20,000 nucleotides of DNA from an uncultured virus (IMG/VR IMGVR_UViG_3300026119_000001) (IMGVR_UViG_3300026119_000001), one strand, 5' to 3'; shown: positions 8,835 to 16,774, counted from the stretch's first letter. Notes: a model not told the origin generated them from the sequence alone. Made by a program: numbers and translations.

Positions 8835-9178
8835 TTTACTTTTTTCCCTACTGACTCTCTAATTATATCGTTATGGTCAAATTCTGCCCAATATAATTCA
8901 AAAGCAATACCGTCTTCCACACCTTCAAATTGATGATATTCTCCTGGTTTAATTCTTGTCCAATCACCAGCATTTAATAACGTTTCATCTACTAGTTCCT
9001 GGTCATCTTTCCAAACTCTTACAATCATTTTACCTGAAACAACATAAAAGCCATTCCATTTATATTTGTGTTTATGTTTAGAACATTTTATTCCTTTTTT
9101 AAAATCTATTCTATGAAATTCTAACACTCCATTAGCGTGTATTAATTCTGTAGAACCCCATATTTTTCCTGACTTCAT
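8831..9178 (-). CDS. cupin-domain protein
   Basis: CSKHKHKYKWNGFYVVSG and PGEYHQF cupin motifs; probable start MKSGKIWG at 9178 (ATGA overlap). Confidence 0.8.
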   Translation of the reverse strand: MKSGKIWGSTELIHANGVLEFHRIDFKKGIKCSKHKHKYKWNGFYVVSGKMIVRVWKDDQELVDETLLNAGDWTRIKPGEYHQFEGVEDGIAFELYWAEFDHNDIIRESVGKKVK

Positions 9179-9954
9179 TTTAAACGTTCTTTCCAAAACT
9201 TTTTTATCTTATTATAGTTAACTGTAAAATGTTGTTTTAACATTAAATAAGTTATTCTTTCATCTTCTCTATATTTAGAGTCAGTTATAACATTTAAATT
9301 TCTATGTTCTATTTCATCTTTAGGTATTAGTATCAATTGTGCTATTGGTGTGCCTGCTTTGATTAACTCTTCTCCTTTTGTGGAGTGCCAAAATATAGGC
9401 ACCATAATACTACCTATTCCCATATCACAATCTAATACTCCTGAACAAGTTGTAAATCTAAAATCATCTAGGTAAAATGGGTGCAACATTAACAGATAAT
9501 GGTCTTTAGGTATTCTTACCTTCCAAGGCATATTAACTTTAAGTATTTTCTTTAATGTGTCTTTCGGCCAGTTCTCATAAAAAGGATATAAATTTCCTTC
9601 TCCGTGATGATTAATAAACTCTTCTTTTACACCTATAGTTTTATCCTCTAAAGGTACTTGCCATCTATAAATTTCATCATCACCACCAATTACATCTATC
9701 TTAACGTCTTGATGTAGTCTTACAATATATCCTTGATTTCTATAATCAATAATACCTGGACATTTTGATGTATGTCTTTGTTTTTCTTTTGATAGGTAAG
9801 GTGAATTTTCAAATTCACTTCGTTGTGTCAATGTCCCAAGTTTTTTATAATCTTGCGCCATCTTAATCATCCATTTGTGTCTGTATTCACTTGCCTTAAT
9901 TATAGGCATAGTCGTTTCAACACCTGCTACTTGTGCTATAAAATCAATTTTCAT
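9175..9954 (-). CDS. hypothetical protein, possible dUTPase-like beta fold
   Basis: KCPGIIDY...GY, PW.VRIP, HPFY, SGVLDCD and IKAGTPIAQLILI; probable start MKIDF at 9954. Confidence 0.55.
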   Translation of the reverse strand: MKIDFIAQVAGVETTMPIIKASEYRHKWMIKMAQDYKKLGTLTQRSEFENSPYLSKEKQRHTSKCPGIIDYRNQGYIVRLHQDVKIDVIGGDDEIYRWQVPLEDKTIGVKEEFINHHGEGNLYPFYENWPKDTLKKILKVNMPWKVRIPKDHYLLMLHPFYLDDFRFTTCSGVLDCDMGIGSIMVPIFWHSTKGEELIKAGTPIAQLILIPKDEIEHRNLNVITDSKYREDERITYLMLKQHFTVNYNKIKKFWKERLK

Positions 9955-10603
9955 TTTGGAATCCTTCACGTATTGTTTCTTTTAATATTAATTGTGCTTC
10001 TACTTCATTGTATCTTAAAAATGGTTTTAACTTTTTGAGTTTAGAGGAGATATGAGGCCAGACAACTTTTTCCTTAATTTGTGTATCCCAATCTTTGATA
10101 AACGCAATAGTTTTATCAAGTATGATGGCGGTCTGGTAGTTAATTTTTTCTTGAATAAGTAATCGTAGCATTCTTGGGTGTTGACCATTATGAACGCCCA
10201 TACCACTATCAAAAGTAATACCACGCTTGTTAAAATCGTAAACAATACGACCAAGGTCACCTCGTAAATTGTAATTAAAAGATTCCCCATATCCTTTGTA
10301 TCGTAAGTAGGTTTTGTGTCCTGTATCTTCAAGTAAATTTCCTATCCATTTTTTATTATTACTTGCAAAATTAGAAACAAAATAATCAACAATACTATCT
10401 TTAGTATATCTAGTTGAAAGTTTATAAAAAAAATATCTATCATTTCGTCTTGTAAATTGTTCCAAACTCGCATTCACCTTTCCGTTATATTTATGATAGT
10501 CATAAGCACTTGTAGTAAAATGTAATTTAACTGCTACATATGTCTTATAGACATCAAATCCTCTATTTCTTGTATAACCTTCTACTACCCCAACATCAAC
10601 CAT
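9944..10603 (-). CDS. gp59: helicase loader (T4 gp59-like)
   Basis: Motifs YVAVKLHFTT..YDYHKYNGKV, RNDRYFFYKLS, GQHP and KLKPFL. Confidence 0.88.
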   Translation of the reverse strand: MVDVGVVEGYTRNRGFDVYKTYVAVKLHFTTSAYDYHKYNGKVNASLEQFTRRNDRYFFYKLSTRYTKDSIVDYFVSNFASNNKKWIGNLLEDTGHKTYLRYKGYGESFNYNLRGDLGRIVYDFNKRGITFDSGMGVHNGQHPRMLRLLIQEKINYQTAIILDKTIAFIKDWDTQIKEKVVWPHISSKLKKLKPFLRYNEVEAQLILKETIREGFQNEN

Positions 10604-11213
10604 CTAACAAATACCTTACACATATTGGAAAATGGTCTCTCATATGTTTTTCTATATTATGTGTCACCATTCTTGTTTCAACTTGAGCATTATCTTTATT
10701 TCTTAAATTACACACTCTACTAAACGCATATAAACTACCTGACCATAACCACTCCGTCATCATACATTGTGGTAATATCATACGTGCCATTTCAGGTGCA
10801 ATACCTGACTCTAACATATCCTTATATGTATCTTTAGTAGTATCTATCACGTTCATAATATCATATTCTATTTCTTCTTTACTTGAACCTTGTTTAATAT
10901 TCTTATCAGGTCGTTTTCTCCATACAAAAGGTATATAAAATTCTGGTTTATCTGAAACATATCGTCTGCTCACTTCATTCCAACTTAAACCAACTTGGTG
11001 TTTAACTAATTGTCTTGCAACAAAAACAGGTGCCTTAATTCTAAATGATAATGAGGCGTGAGCAAAAGGTGACCAGTGTCCGTGTACCGCTAAATATTTA
11101 ATTAACTTTTCATCATTATCATCAAGTTCATCTTTAATTTTTGCAAATGACACTCTAGCAGCATTTACTACTGATAGGTCACTACCCATTTTATCTATAA
11201 GTTCAACGTCCAT
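10596..11213 (-). CDS. thyX: flavin-dependent thymidylate synthase
   Basis: Motifs VVNAARVSF, GHWSPF, APVFVARQLVKHQ..SWNEVSRRY and APEMARMILP; probable ATG start at 11213. Confidence 0.95.
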   Translation of the reverse strand: MDVELIDKMGSDLSVVNAARVSFAKIKDELDDNDEKLIKYLAVHGHWSPFAHASLSFRIKAPVFVARQLVKHQVGLSWNEVSRRYVSDKPEFYIPFVWRKRPDKNIKQGSSKEEIEYDIMNVIDTTKDTYKDMLESGIAPEMARMILPQCMMTEWLWSGSLYAFSRVCNLRNKDNAQVETRMVTHNIEKHMRDHFPICVRYLLDG

Positions 11214-11221
11214 AAACAACT

Positions 11222-11371
11222 CTAATCATATTTTATTCTTTTTCCGTGTTCATCTCTACCATCTGGAGCATATAAAACTTTATAACAATCGTGTGTCTTA
11301 TTCCATTCACGATATCTTGCATATCGTTCAAAGGTATCATCTTTTTGTTCTTCTTTATTCTTATCTATCAT
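11222..11371 (-). CDS. small hypothetical protein (49 aa)
   Basis: MIDKNKEEQKDDTFERYARYREWNKTHDCYKVLYAPDGRDEHGKRIKYD*; ATGA overlap and GGAGG upstream. Confidence 0.6.
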   Translation of the reverse strand: MIDKNKEEQKDDTFERYARYREWNKTHDCYKVLYAPDGRDEHGKRIKYD

Positions 11372-12180
11372 ATATTGCCTCCAATGTTCCAAAATAAAAT
11401 ATCACCTTTAAGTTTTTCTATGTTATGTTCTAACCATTTCCACGCTTTTCTATCCCAAGTTCCGTTGCAAGGAAATGGTACTTCATAATCTTCCATCATA
11501 TCATCAAATTCAAATTGTGATTTATAAACATTAATATTGCTAGAAGAAATAGAATGACTTTTATATTTTTTATTAATTGTATTCTCATTTGATACTGTAA
11601 TAACTTGTGCTTGTTTAATAGAATTAGAAAATAAATCACTACCTGGTGCAAATGCTTGGACAATTCCTGAACTTGTTACACCTGACCCAGCAGAAATAAC
11701 TAAATTGTCAACTAAATGTTTTTTAAATACTTCTTCAGCACGCCTTTTTAATGTATTAATATAATTAATATGGTCAAAAGCATACGGCAACATTTGTATA
11801 TCTTTTTGTTTGGCATATGTCTTAACTCTATTATATAATATAGCCATCATATTAGGTTTTAATTCGTGGAACTCACAATCATTTTTTCTTGCTTTATTTA
11901 ATATAAATTCTGAATATGTTTTTGATGGTGGGTATGCGTAAATAAATTTAATACCTTTTTGCTTACAAAGATATGATAATGCCCAACCACTCCAAGAACC
12001 ATTGACAGCAAGATGTATTAATGGATATTTAGGATTTAAATTATCTAACAATTTATTAATACCAGACATTTTACCCCACGGTGGTAATACATAACCATCA
12101 CCCATAAGGTCATCCCTTTTAACAAGTATCTTCCGACCTTTTAAATTATATTCTTTAACTGGTGTATTTAAATTCAACAT
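11368..12180 (-). CDS. PLP-dependent fold-type II enzyme (ACC deaminase/D-cysteine desulfhydrase-like)
   Basis: TPV...VKRDDL...WGK (PLP lysine region), SAGSGVTSSG phosphate loop, C-terminal LFWNIGG. Confidence 0.75.
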   Translation of the reverse strand: MLNLNTPVKEYNLKGRKILVKRDDLMGDGYVLPPWGKMSGINKLLDNLNPKYPLIHLAVNGSWSGWALSYLCKQKGIKFIYAYPPSKTYSEFILNKARKNDCEFHELKPNMMAILYNRVKTYAKQKDIQMLPYAFDHINYINTLKRRAEEVFKKHLVDNLVISAGSGVTSSGIVQAFAPGSDLFSNSIKQAQVITVSNENTINKKYKSHSISSSNINVYKSQFEFDDMMEDYEVPFPCNGTWDRKAWKWLEHNIEKLKGDILFWNIGGNI

Positions 12181-12965
12181 TAAAACATAACCCTTTCACT
12201 CCGATTTAAAATAGGTTTTGAAATCAAACCATTCAAACAATCTTTTATTTGCTGTTCTAAATCCTCAAAATATGTTGTGTTATTTTCATATGAAAAATTA
12301 TGTTCCCAAGCAGTATGTTTTGTATAGGTGACTTTACCTGTATCTAATATTTCTTTTCTATATTCATTTCCTAAAGTATCAATATAAGCGTGGGAGATAT
12401 TATCTATATTATCTAATAATGCTTTATTATCTATAACATCTGACCGACTAATTGATATTAATTTACCTTTAAATTTAGAAAGAATATCATCATTAATAAG
12501 ATGTTTATTTTTCTTTGGTGGGACGGTTACAATTAATGTATTATAATTATGCCAATAGAATCCATCTATATTTCTTCCTACTATTCTTATGTTATCTGAT
12601 TTTACTTTTGACCCAACTGATCCATTACCTATTAATGCAATTTTATCATCATCTTTTATATACTGATTTATCCAATCAGCAGTTGGTTGTGCAAATGGTT
12701 TTGTAGTAACAACTCCTATATTTCTTCTCTCACATTCTTTAAGATTGATGTTATCATATCCGTGCTGGCGTACTACAATCCATTCTAAATTAGGAAATGC
12801 TTTATAAGTTTTTTCACCAACAACACTAAATTTTACTGATAAAACTTTTACATCTTTATTGATAAAATTTAGACTATCATATTGACCGTGAGATTCCCAC
12901 TCATAATCTTTCAAAAATATTTCTGGTGCAAACTTTATATCTTTTTTATCTTTTAATATTATCAC
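12180..12965 (-). CDS. D-2-hydroxyacid dehydrogenase-like protein (compact)
   Basis: RQHGYDNINL, NAD-binding IGNGSVG, catalytic Arg region SISR and catalytic His region TKHTAW. Confidence 0.7.
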   Translation of the reverse strand: MIILKDKKDIKFAPEIFLKDYEWESHGQYDSLNFINKDVKVLSVKFSVVGEKTYKAFPNLEWIVVRQHGYDNINLKECERRNIGVVTTKPFAQPTADWINQYIKDDDKIALIGNGSVGSKVKSDNIRIVGRNIDGFYWHNYNTLIVTVPPKKNKHLINDDILSKFKGKLISISRSDVIDNKALLDNIDNISHAYIDTLGNEYRKEILDTGKVTYTKHTAWEHNFSYENNTTYFEDLEQQIKDCLNGLISKPILNRSERVMF

Positions 12966-12980
12966 TATTCTTATCCATCA

Positions 12981-13145
12981 TTAATCTCCAAATCCATCTA
13001 TTGCTCTTGGATGAAATGCCTCTTTCTTTTCTTCTTCTTTCAATTCATCCCATAGCTTTTTCTTTTTTTTATATTCTTTTTCTGTCAAACTATGCCACCC
13101 AATACAAAGATTTGTTGGTGACCTACCACATTGACATACCGACAT
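12981..13145 (-). CDS. CDGSH-like small Fe-S/metal-binding protein (54 aa)
   Basis: Manually read MSVCQCGRSPTNLCIGWHSLTEKEYKKKKKLWDELKEEEKKEAFHPRAIDGFGD*; 3Cys-1His motif; TAATG coupling. Confidence 0.65.
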   Translation of the reverse strand: MSVCQCGRSPTNLCIGWHSLTEKEYKKKKKLWDELKEEEKKEAFHPRAIDGFGD

Positions 13146-13300
13146 TATTCTTCATCCTCATCTTCTATCTCTTTTGTTGCAAGTTTAGTTTCCCATTTGT
13201 AAATTATGTTTGTTAAAGATTGAAAATGTGGACTAGCTTGTGCTACTAAACCATCCCTAACTTTTCTTATATCATCTAATAATTCTTTAATATCACTCAT
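13145..13300 (-). CDS. small hypothetical protein (51 aa)
   Basis: MSDIKELLDDIRKVRDGLVAQASPHFQSLTNIIYKWETKLATKEIEDEDEE*; overlaps both neighbours. Confidence 0.65.
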   Translation of the reverse strand: MSDIKELLDDIRKVRDGLVAQASPHFQSLTNIIYKWETKLATKEIEDEDEE

Positions 13301-13515
13301 TGTGGTAATGTTCCTGGTTTACCACCTTTTAATAAGTTTAATTTTTGTGCTTGAAATTGGATTTTTTCTTTGAGTGGTTTAGTAATTAATCGTCCTGCTG
13401 ATTCTACTTCAAAATTATTCTCTTCACAATAAAGTACTATAGCATCTACGTATGACATTCCTTTATGTTTCTTTACAACATCCTCTATAATCAGCGAAAA
13501 TTCTTTTGAGTTCAT
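13297..13515 (-). CDS. gp33: late transcription coactivator (T4 gp33-like)
   Basis: FSLIIE...SYVDAIVLYCEEN...LITKPLKEKI...LNLL signature. Confidence 0.9.
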   Translation of the reverse strand: MNSKEFSLIIEDVVKKHKGMSYVDAIVLYCEENNFEVESAGRLITKPLKEKIQFQAQKLNLLKGGKPGTLPQ

Positions 13516-13521
13516 TACATT

Positions 13522-13550
13522 ACTATAACATATTTATATTAAAATGTAAA
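13522..13550 (-). promoter_or_regulatory. sigma70-type promoter with a nested late promoter
   Basis: TTTACA, 17-nt spacer ending TGt, TATAGT; TATAAATA at 13538-13531 lies inside the spacer; gp33 ATG is 6 nt downstream. Confidence 0.7.
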
Positions 13551-13797
13551 GCGCCTGACTTCTGTTGCCACCTGTCAGGCAAGGCCGTCACCTATTAACT
13601 AGGCAGCAAGAGCAAACTGTTCGTTTGCATTTATGATTTAACAGTACGTTGTCAGCGATTTAACTCCAGATAGGTTTAGTTAGTAGTCGATTCTAGCTCA
13701 CCCCCTTACAGCACATTTTAATGTGTTCTAAATTGGTGGAGGTGGTGGGAATCGCACCCACGTCCTCACTAATTATTAACTATCCTTCAACGTCAAA
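13550..13797 (-). ncRNA. ssrA: circularly permuted two-piece tmRNA
   Basis: Acceptor piece ends GTGGG-TGCGATT-CCCAC-CACCTCC-ACCA at 13734. After a 28-nt intervening segment the coding piece starts GGGGGTGAGCTAGAATCGAC at 13705. The 7-bp acceptor stem has G3.U70. Tag ORF 13628-13599 reads ANEQFALAA*. Outer ends are approximate. Confidence 0.92.
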
Positions 13798-13801
13798 TTC
13801 A

Positions 13802-14218
13802 TTAAATAGATTGTCCACCCAGTGCTTTTACATCAAATGTTAAATCAAATGATTTATATAACATACACGATTCAGCATTATCTAATGTTGACATAACTAC
13901 AATTGATTCTTTATAAGTTGGATCAACATAATAACTCACTACAAAAACTACTGGTCCATCTGGTTTTGCTTTTTCCCTACCAACAGAAACATTTACTAAT
14001 TTAAAATTGAATTTTTTAAGATAAGCGTCAATATCTTTACTAGCACCACATATGACAGGCAGTTGTAACCAATATAATCCAGGACCTTGTTCTGGTGCAG
14101 GTTTATAATCATAAGGAATATTTGGCATAGGATTTGCACCTTCGTGCTCCGCTACAGCAAACGTACTCATTGTTATGAGTATCGCTCCTACTAACGCTCC
14201 TATTATTTTGTCTAACAT
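13802..14218 (-). CDS. hypothetical exported protein
   Basis: Signal-peptide-like N-terminus ending AVA; PVICG...SCML Cys pair; GAAGG upstream. Confidence 0.7.
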   Translation of the reverse strand: MLDKIIGALVGAILITMSTFAVAEHEGANPMPNIPYDYKPAPEQGPGLYWLQLPVICGASKDIDAYLKKFNFKLVNVSVGREKAKPDGPVVFVVSYYVDPTYKESIVVMSTLDNAESCMLYKSFDLTFDVKALGGQSI

Positions 14219-14253
14219 AAGTGACCTTCCGTGGATAAATTGAAGCCACTTTG

Positions 14254-14949
14254 TTAATGTTTTTGCTTGATTTTATCTTTGTTTAGTTCTTCGTAATATT
14301 TATAAAAGTATTTGATACTTTCTTCTAATTTTGGCTCAAAATCTTTTTTATTTTTGATAAAGGATCGCATTGTACCGTCTTCACCTGCCATTAATATGAC
14401 AAGTTGTTCTATGCGTTTGTTAAATAACTCTTCATACATAATTGCATAGGCACAAGTTTGAATAAAGTAGTTTTCTATCCAATCTTCTTTACGTTCCTTG
14501 TTTGCTGTCTTAAAATCTAATACAGATAATTTACCATTGTAGTCAGCAACACAATCTACCTGTCCTGCAATAGTTAATTTGTTACTATACATTATTTCTT
14601 CTGACAGTTGAACATTATCAATTTGGTCTAAATAAGGTTTCATTAATCTAAACAAACCTAACGGTAAAACATCCCTTATCGCTGGTGTTTCACCTTTAAG
14701 ATACTGTTCAACAAGTGTATGAGTTGCTTTGCCTCTACGTGCCGCTCTACCCATTTCCCAATTAGCAGCTTCTTCACCTACTGCCTTACGCCACTTCTCT
14801 AGTCCTTCTTTTTTCTGAACACCAAGTACAGTTGTAATGGATGGATAATTCCTACCATCTATTTGATAGAAACGAAAACCATCTATACGCTTACCTTTGG
14901 TTGTTGGAAGTTTTGTTTTATCTACAGCAACCCAATTAAACTCTTTCAC
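14254..14949 (-). CDS. PD-(D/E)XK exonuclease (T4-like phage exonuclease)
   Basis: YPSITTVL, RGKATH, AGQVDCVA...LDFKT and YFIQTCAYA motifs. Confidence 0.88.
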   Translation of the reverse strand: MKEFNWVAVDKTKLPTTKGKRIDGFRFYQIDGRNYPSITTVLGVQKKEGLEKWRKAVGEEAANWEMGRAARRGKATHTLVEQYLKGETPAIRDVLPLGLFRLMKPYLDQIDNVQLSEEIMYSNKLTIAGQVDCVADYNGKLSVLDFKTANKERKEDWIENYFIQTCAYAIMYEELFNKRIEQLVILMAGEDGTMRSFIKNKKDFEPKLEESIKYFYKYYEELNKDKIKQKH

Positions 14950-15101
14950 TTTTTCATCCTCAATTCTTTTCTTAATGCACTTACTCTATACTTTAAACCA
15001 TCAATAGTCGTGTACATCCATCCACAATCGTGTGGTTCTATTTGTTTTCTGAACCAAGTAATTGTTTCTTTTAATATTTCAATCTTATTTTTTATACTCA
15101 T
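14946..15101 (-). CDS. small hypothetical protein (51 aa)
   Basis: MSIKNKIEILKETITWFRKQIEPHDCGWMYTTIDGLKYRVSALRKELRMKK*; GTGA overlap with the exonuclease; directly after a promoter. Confidence 0.65.
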   Translation of the reverse strand: MSIKNKIEILKETITWFRKQIEPHDCGWMYTTIDGLKYRVSALRKELRMKK

Positions 15102-15107
15102 ATTAAT

Positions 15108-15136
15108 AATATAACATATCTTCTATGCTTTGTCAA
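15108..15136 (-). promoter_or_regulatory. sigma70-type promoter
   Basis: TTGACA, 17-nt spacer ending TGt, TATATT. Confidence 0.75.
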
Positions 15137-15219
15137 TGCTATATGCCTTTCATTGCGTACATATCAATGATTTTGTTCTTATCTGCGACAGTATCACTAT
15201 TATACCAACGAGCAATCTC

Positions 15220-15690
15220 TCAGCTGGGGTCATATTTCTCATATAACGTCTTGCCATCTTCATTTCTATATGCCCTTAATACTTCTTTTCTATTGTCATC
15301 TGAATTCTTGTAAGAACAATGGATCCAGCCGCTGTGCGGTTCATCTGTATTATGGTACTCTAATATGAGTTGGTCAAAACCTAAATTTTCAATAATATAT
15401 TTTGCCAATTCAGCATTCGCTACTCCAAATATTTCAAAGTCCGCTGCTTGCCCTTTAGCGTGTTGTGATTTAAGACTAGAACCAATTTTAACACATAACT
15501 CTGGAGAACGGTACCCACTTGATACAGTTACCACTTTCTTATAATGGTCTCTTATTGGTTGTAGTACTTTCTCACACAAATTTTTTAACGAGTCAATATG
15601 GTCTTCGCTAGGATTATTATTAATACCGTGTCTTTCTGCCGTCTGACTAGAAGTCAACTCCTTCAAAGAAAAATTTTCTGTTAAATGCAT
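15220..15690 (-). CDS. peptidase M15A (Zn-dependent D-Ala-D-Ala carboxypeptidase family), endolysin-like
   Basis: LTENFSLKEL, SSGYRS, SQHAKGQAADF and WIHCSY zinc-ligand motifs. Confidence 0.9.
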   Translation of the reverse strand: MHLTENFSLKELTSSQTAERHGINNNPSEDHIDSLKNLCEKVLQPIRDHYKKVVTVSSGYRSPELCVKIGSSLKSQHAKGQAADFEIFGVANAELAKYIIENLGFDQLILEYHNTDEPHSGWIHCSYKNSDDNRKEVLRAYRNEDGKTLYEKYDPS

Positions 15691-15693
15691 TTA

Positions 15694-16089
15694 TTATCCT
15701 CTTGTTAATTTTAATATTTTTTCTATTTGACCTTTTATAATTGGACCTCTATTCGGCCAATGTATATAAGGTTCATCACTTTTTGATAAATTATATAAAA
15801 ACGGTAATACAATCTTTTCAATATCTTTAAATTTTTGTAAGGTATCTTCATCACTAATTTCTTTTGTTACAGTTTCTTTATCATTTACTATTTGCATAAT
15901 TTCGTTCATCATAGATTTAATAGTAGAAACATCTGATTTAACTTTAGATAGTTCTATGTTTGTTCCTTCTACTAATTTTGGGTCAATGCCAGGTTGTTCA
16001 TCTTTAGGTTTACTAGATACTGGAGTAAAACCCCAATCGTTATCTAGGTCAAACCCTCGCATATAATCTGGTATATCTTTATCTGCCAT
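15694..16089 (-). CDS. conserved hypothetical phage protein
   Basis: 131 aa; DWGF and LPFLYNL...YIHWPNR. Confidence 0.75.
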   Translation of the reverse strand: MADKDIPDYMRGFDLDNDWGFTPVSSKPKDEQPGIDPKLVEGTNIELSKVKSDVSTIKSMMNEIMQIVNDKETVTKEISDEDTLQKFKDIEKIVLPFLYNLSKSDEPYIHWPNRGPIIKGQIEKILKLTRG

Positions 16090-16397
16090 TATTTTTTATT
16101 CCTTTTTAATTTATGTCTTTTCACCGTCTCCCTAGTTTTCACCTCTTTAATACTTGGTTTACCATATTTGGCTGCTAGGGGTGAATTTGGATGTGCTTCT
16201 GCTATTCTGGATAAGTTGTCCTTCCAACCTCCATCTGTTTTATAAGACATACCTTGAACACCAGATACTATATTTATTGGTTGTATGACTTGTACAATGT
16301 GTTTATTATTTTTAAGATAGTTTTCCATTTCTGTAATCATCATAAAGTCTACCCACACCTTACCAGTTTTTTTATTTTCAAACGTGTATCTTGGCAT
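16089..16397 (-). CDS. hypothetical protein with FmdB-like N-terminus lacking Cys
   Basis: MPRYTFENKKTG...GWKDNLSRIAEAHP. Confidence 0.7.
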   Translation of the reverse strand: MPRYTFENKKTGKVWVDFMMITEMENYLKNNKHIVQVIQPINIVSGVQGMSYKTDGGWKDNLSRIAEAHPNSPLAAKYGKPSIKEVKTRETVKRHKLKRNKK

Positions 16398-16527
16398 TTC
16401 TTAAATATTTCCTTTTGTACCATAAATAAAATTTAGGATTTGCCTCAAACTCTTCTACTACTTGTTTAGCAGATAATTGGTCCGACCTAATACAATCTGC
16501 AAGGTCTTGATACTTATTTTTTATCAT
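16378..16527 (-). CDS. small hypothetical protein (49 aa)
   Basis: MIKNKYQDLADCIRSDQLSAKQVVEEFEANPKFYLWYKRKYLRNAKIHV*; fills the gap. Confidence 0.6.
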   Translation of the reverse strand: MIKNKYQDLADCIRSDQLSAKQVVEEFEANPKFYLWYKRKYLRNAKIHV

Positions 16528-16774
16528 ATTTGTAAATATCTTTTGTACTCATTTTAGCAACTCGTTTTTCTGCCTCATAAATAACTTTATGCGTATCGGT
16601 CACGCTGTTTTCTTTTATTTTTCCTTCTTCACGAATTTTTTCCATTTCTCTTGTAATCATTGTACCATAATCAGACGCATTCATAGACCATTCCAAATCT
16701 TCTTTTTGAGATTCTAAAGTTTCTACCTTCACCTTTTTATCTTGTAAAGCTGGGTGTATATGTTCTATTGTCAT
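16514..16774 (-). CDS. hypothetical protein
   Basis: ORF track; coupled to neighbours. Confidence 0.65.
   Translation of the reverse strand: MTIEHIHPALQDKKVKVETLESQKEDLEWSMNASDYGTMITREMEKIREEGKIKENSVTDTHKVIYEAEKRVAKMSTKDIYKYDKK

Noticed and set aside
13055..13085. A-rich run as a frameshift or phase-variation site
   Set aside because: The reading frame passes through intact as a poly-Lys stretch to a normal stop.
13734..13770. Stand-alone tRNA or integration (att) site
   Set aside because: No D-arm or anticodon arm upstream; the matching 5' acceptor strand lies downstream with a tag ORF, so it is part of the permuted tmRNA. No integrase is present in the window.
14254..14949. Cas4/CRISPR system
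   Set aside because: The nuclease lacks the four-Cys Fe-S motif of Cas4, and no repeat-spacer array was seen.
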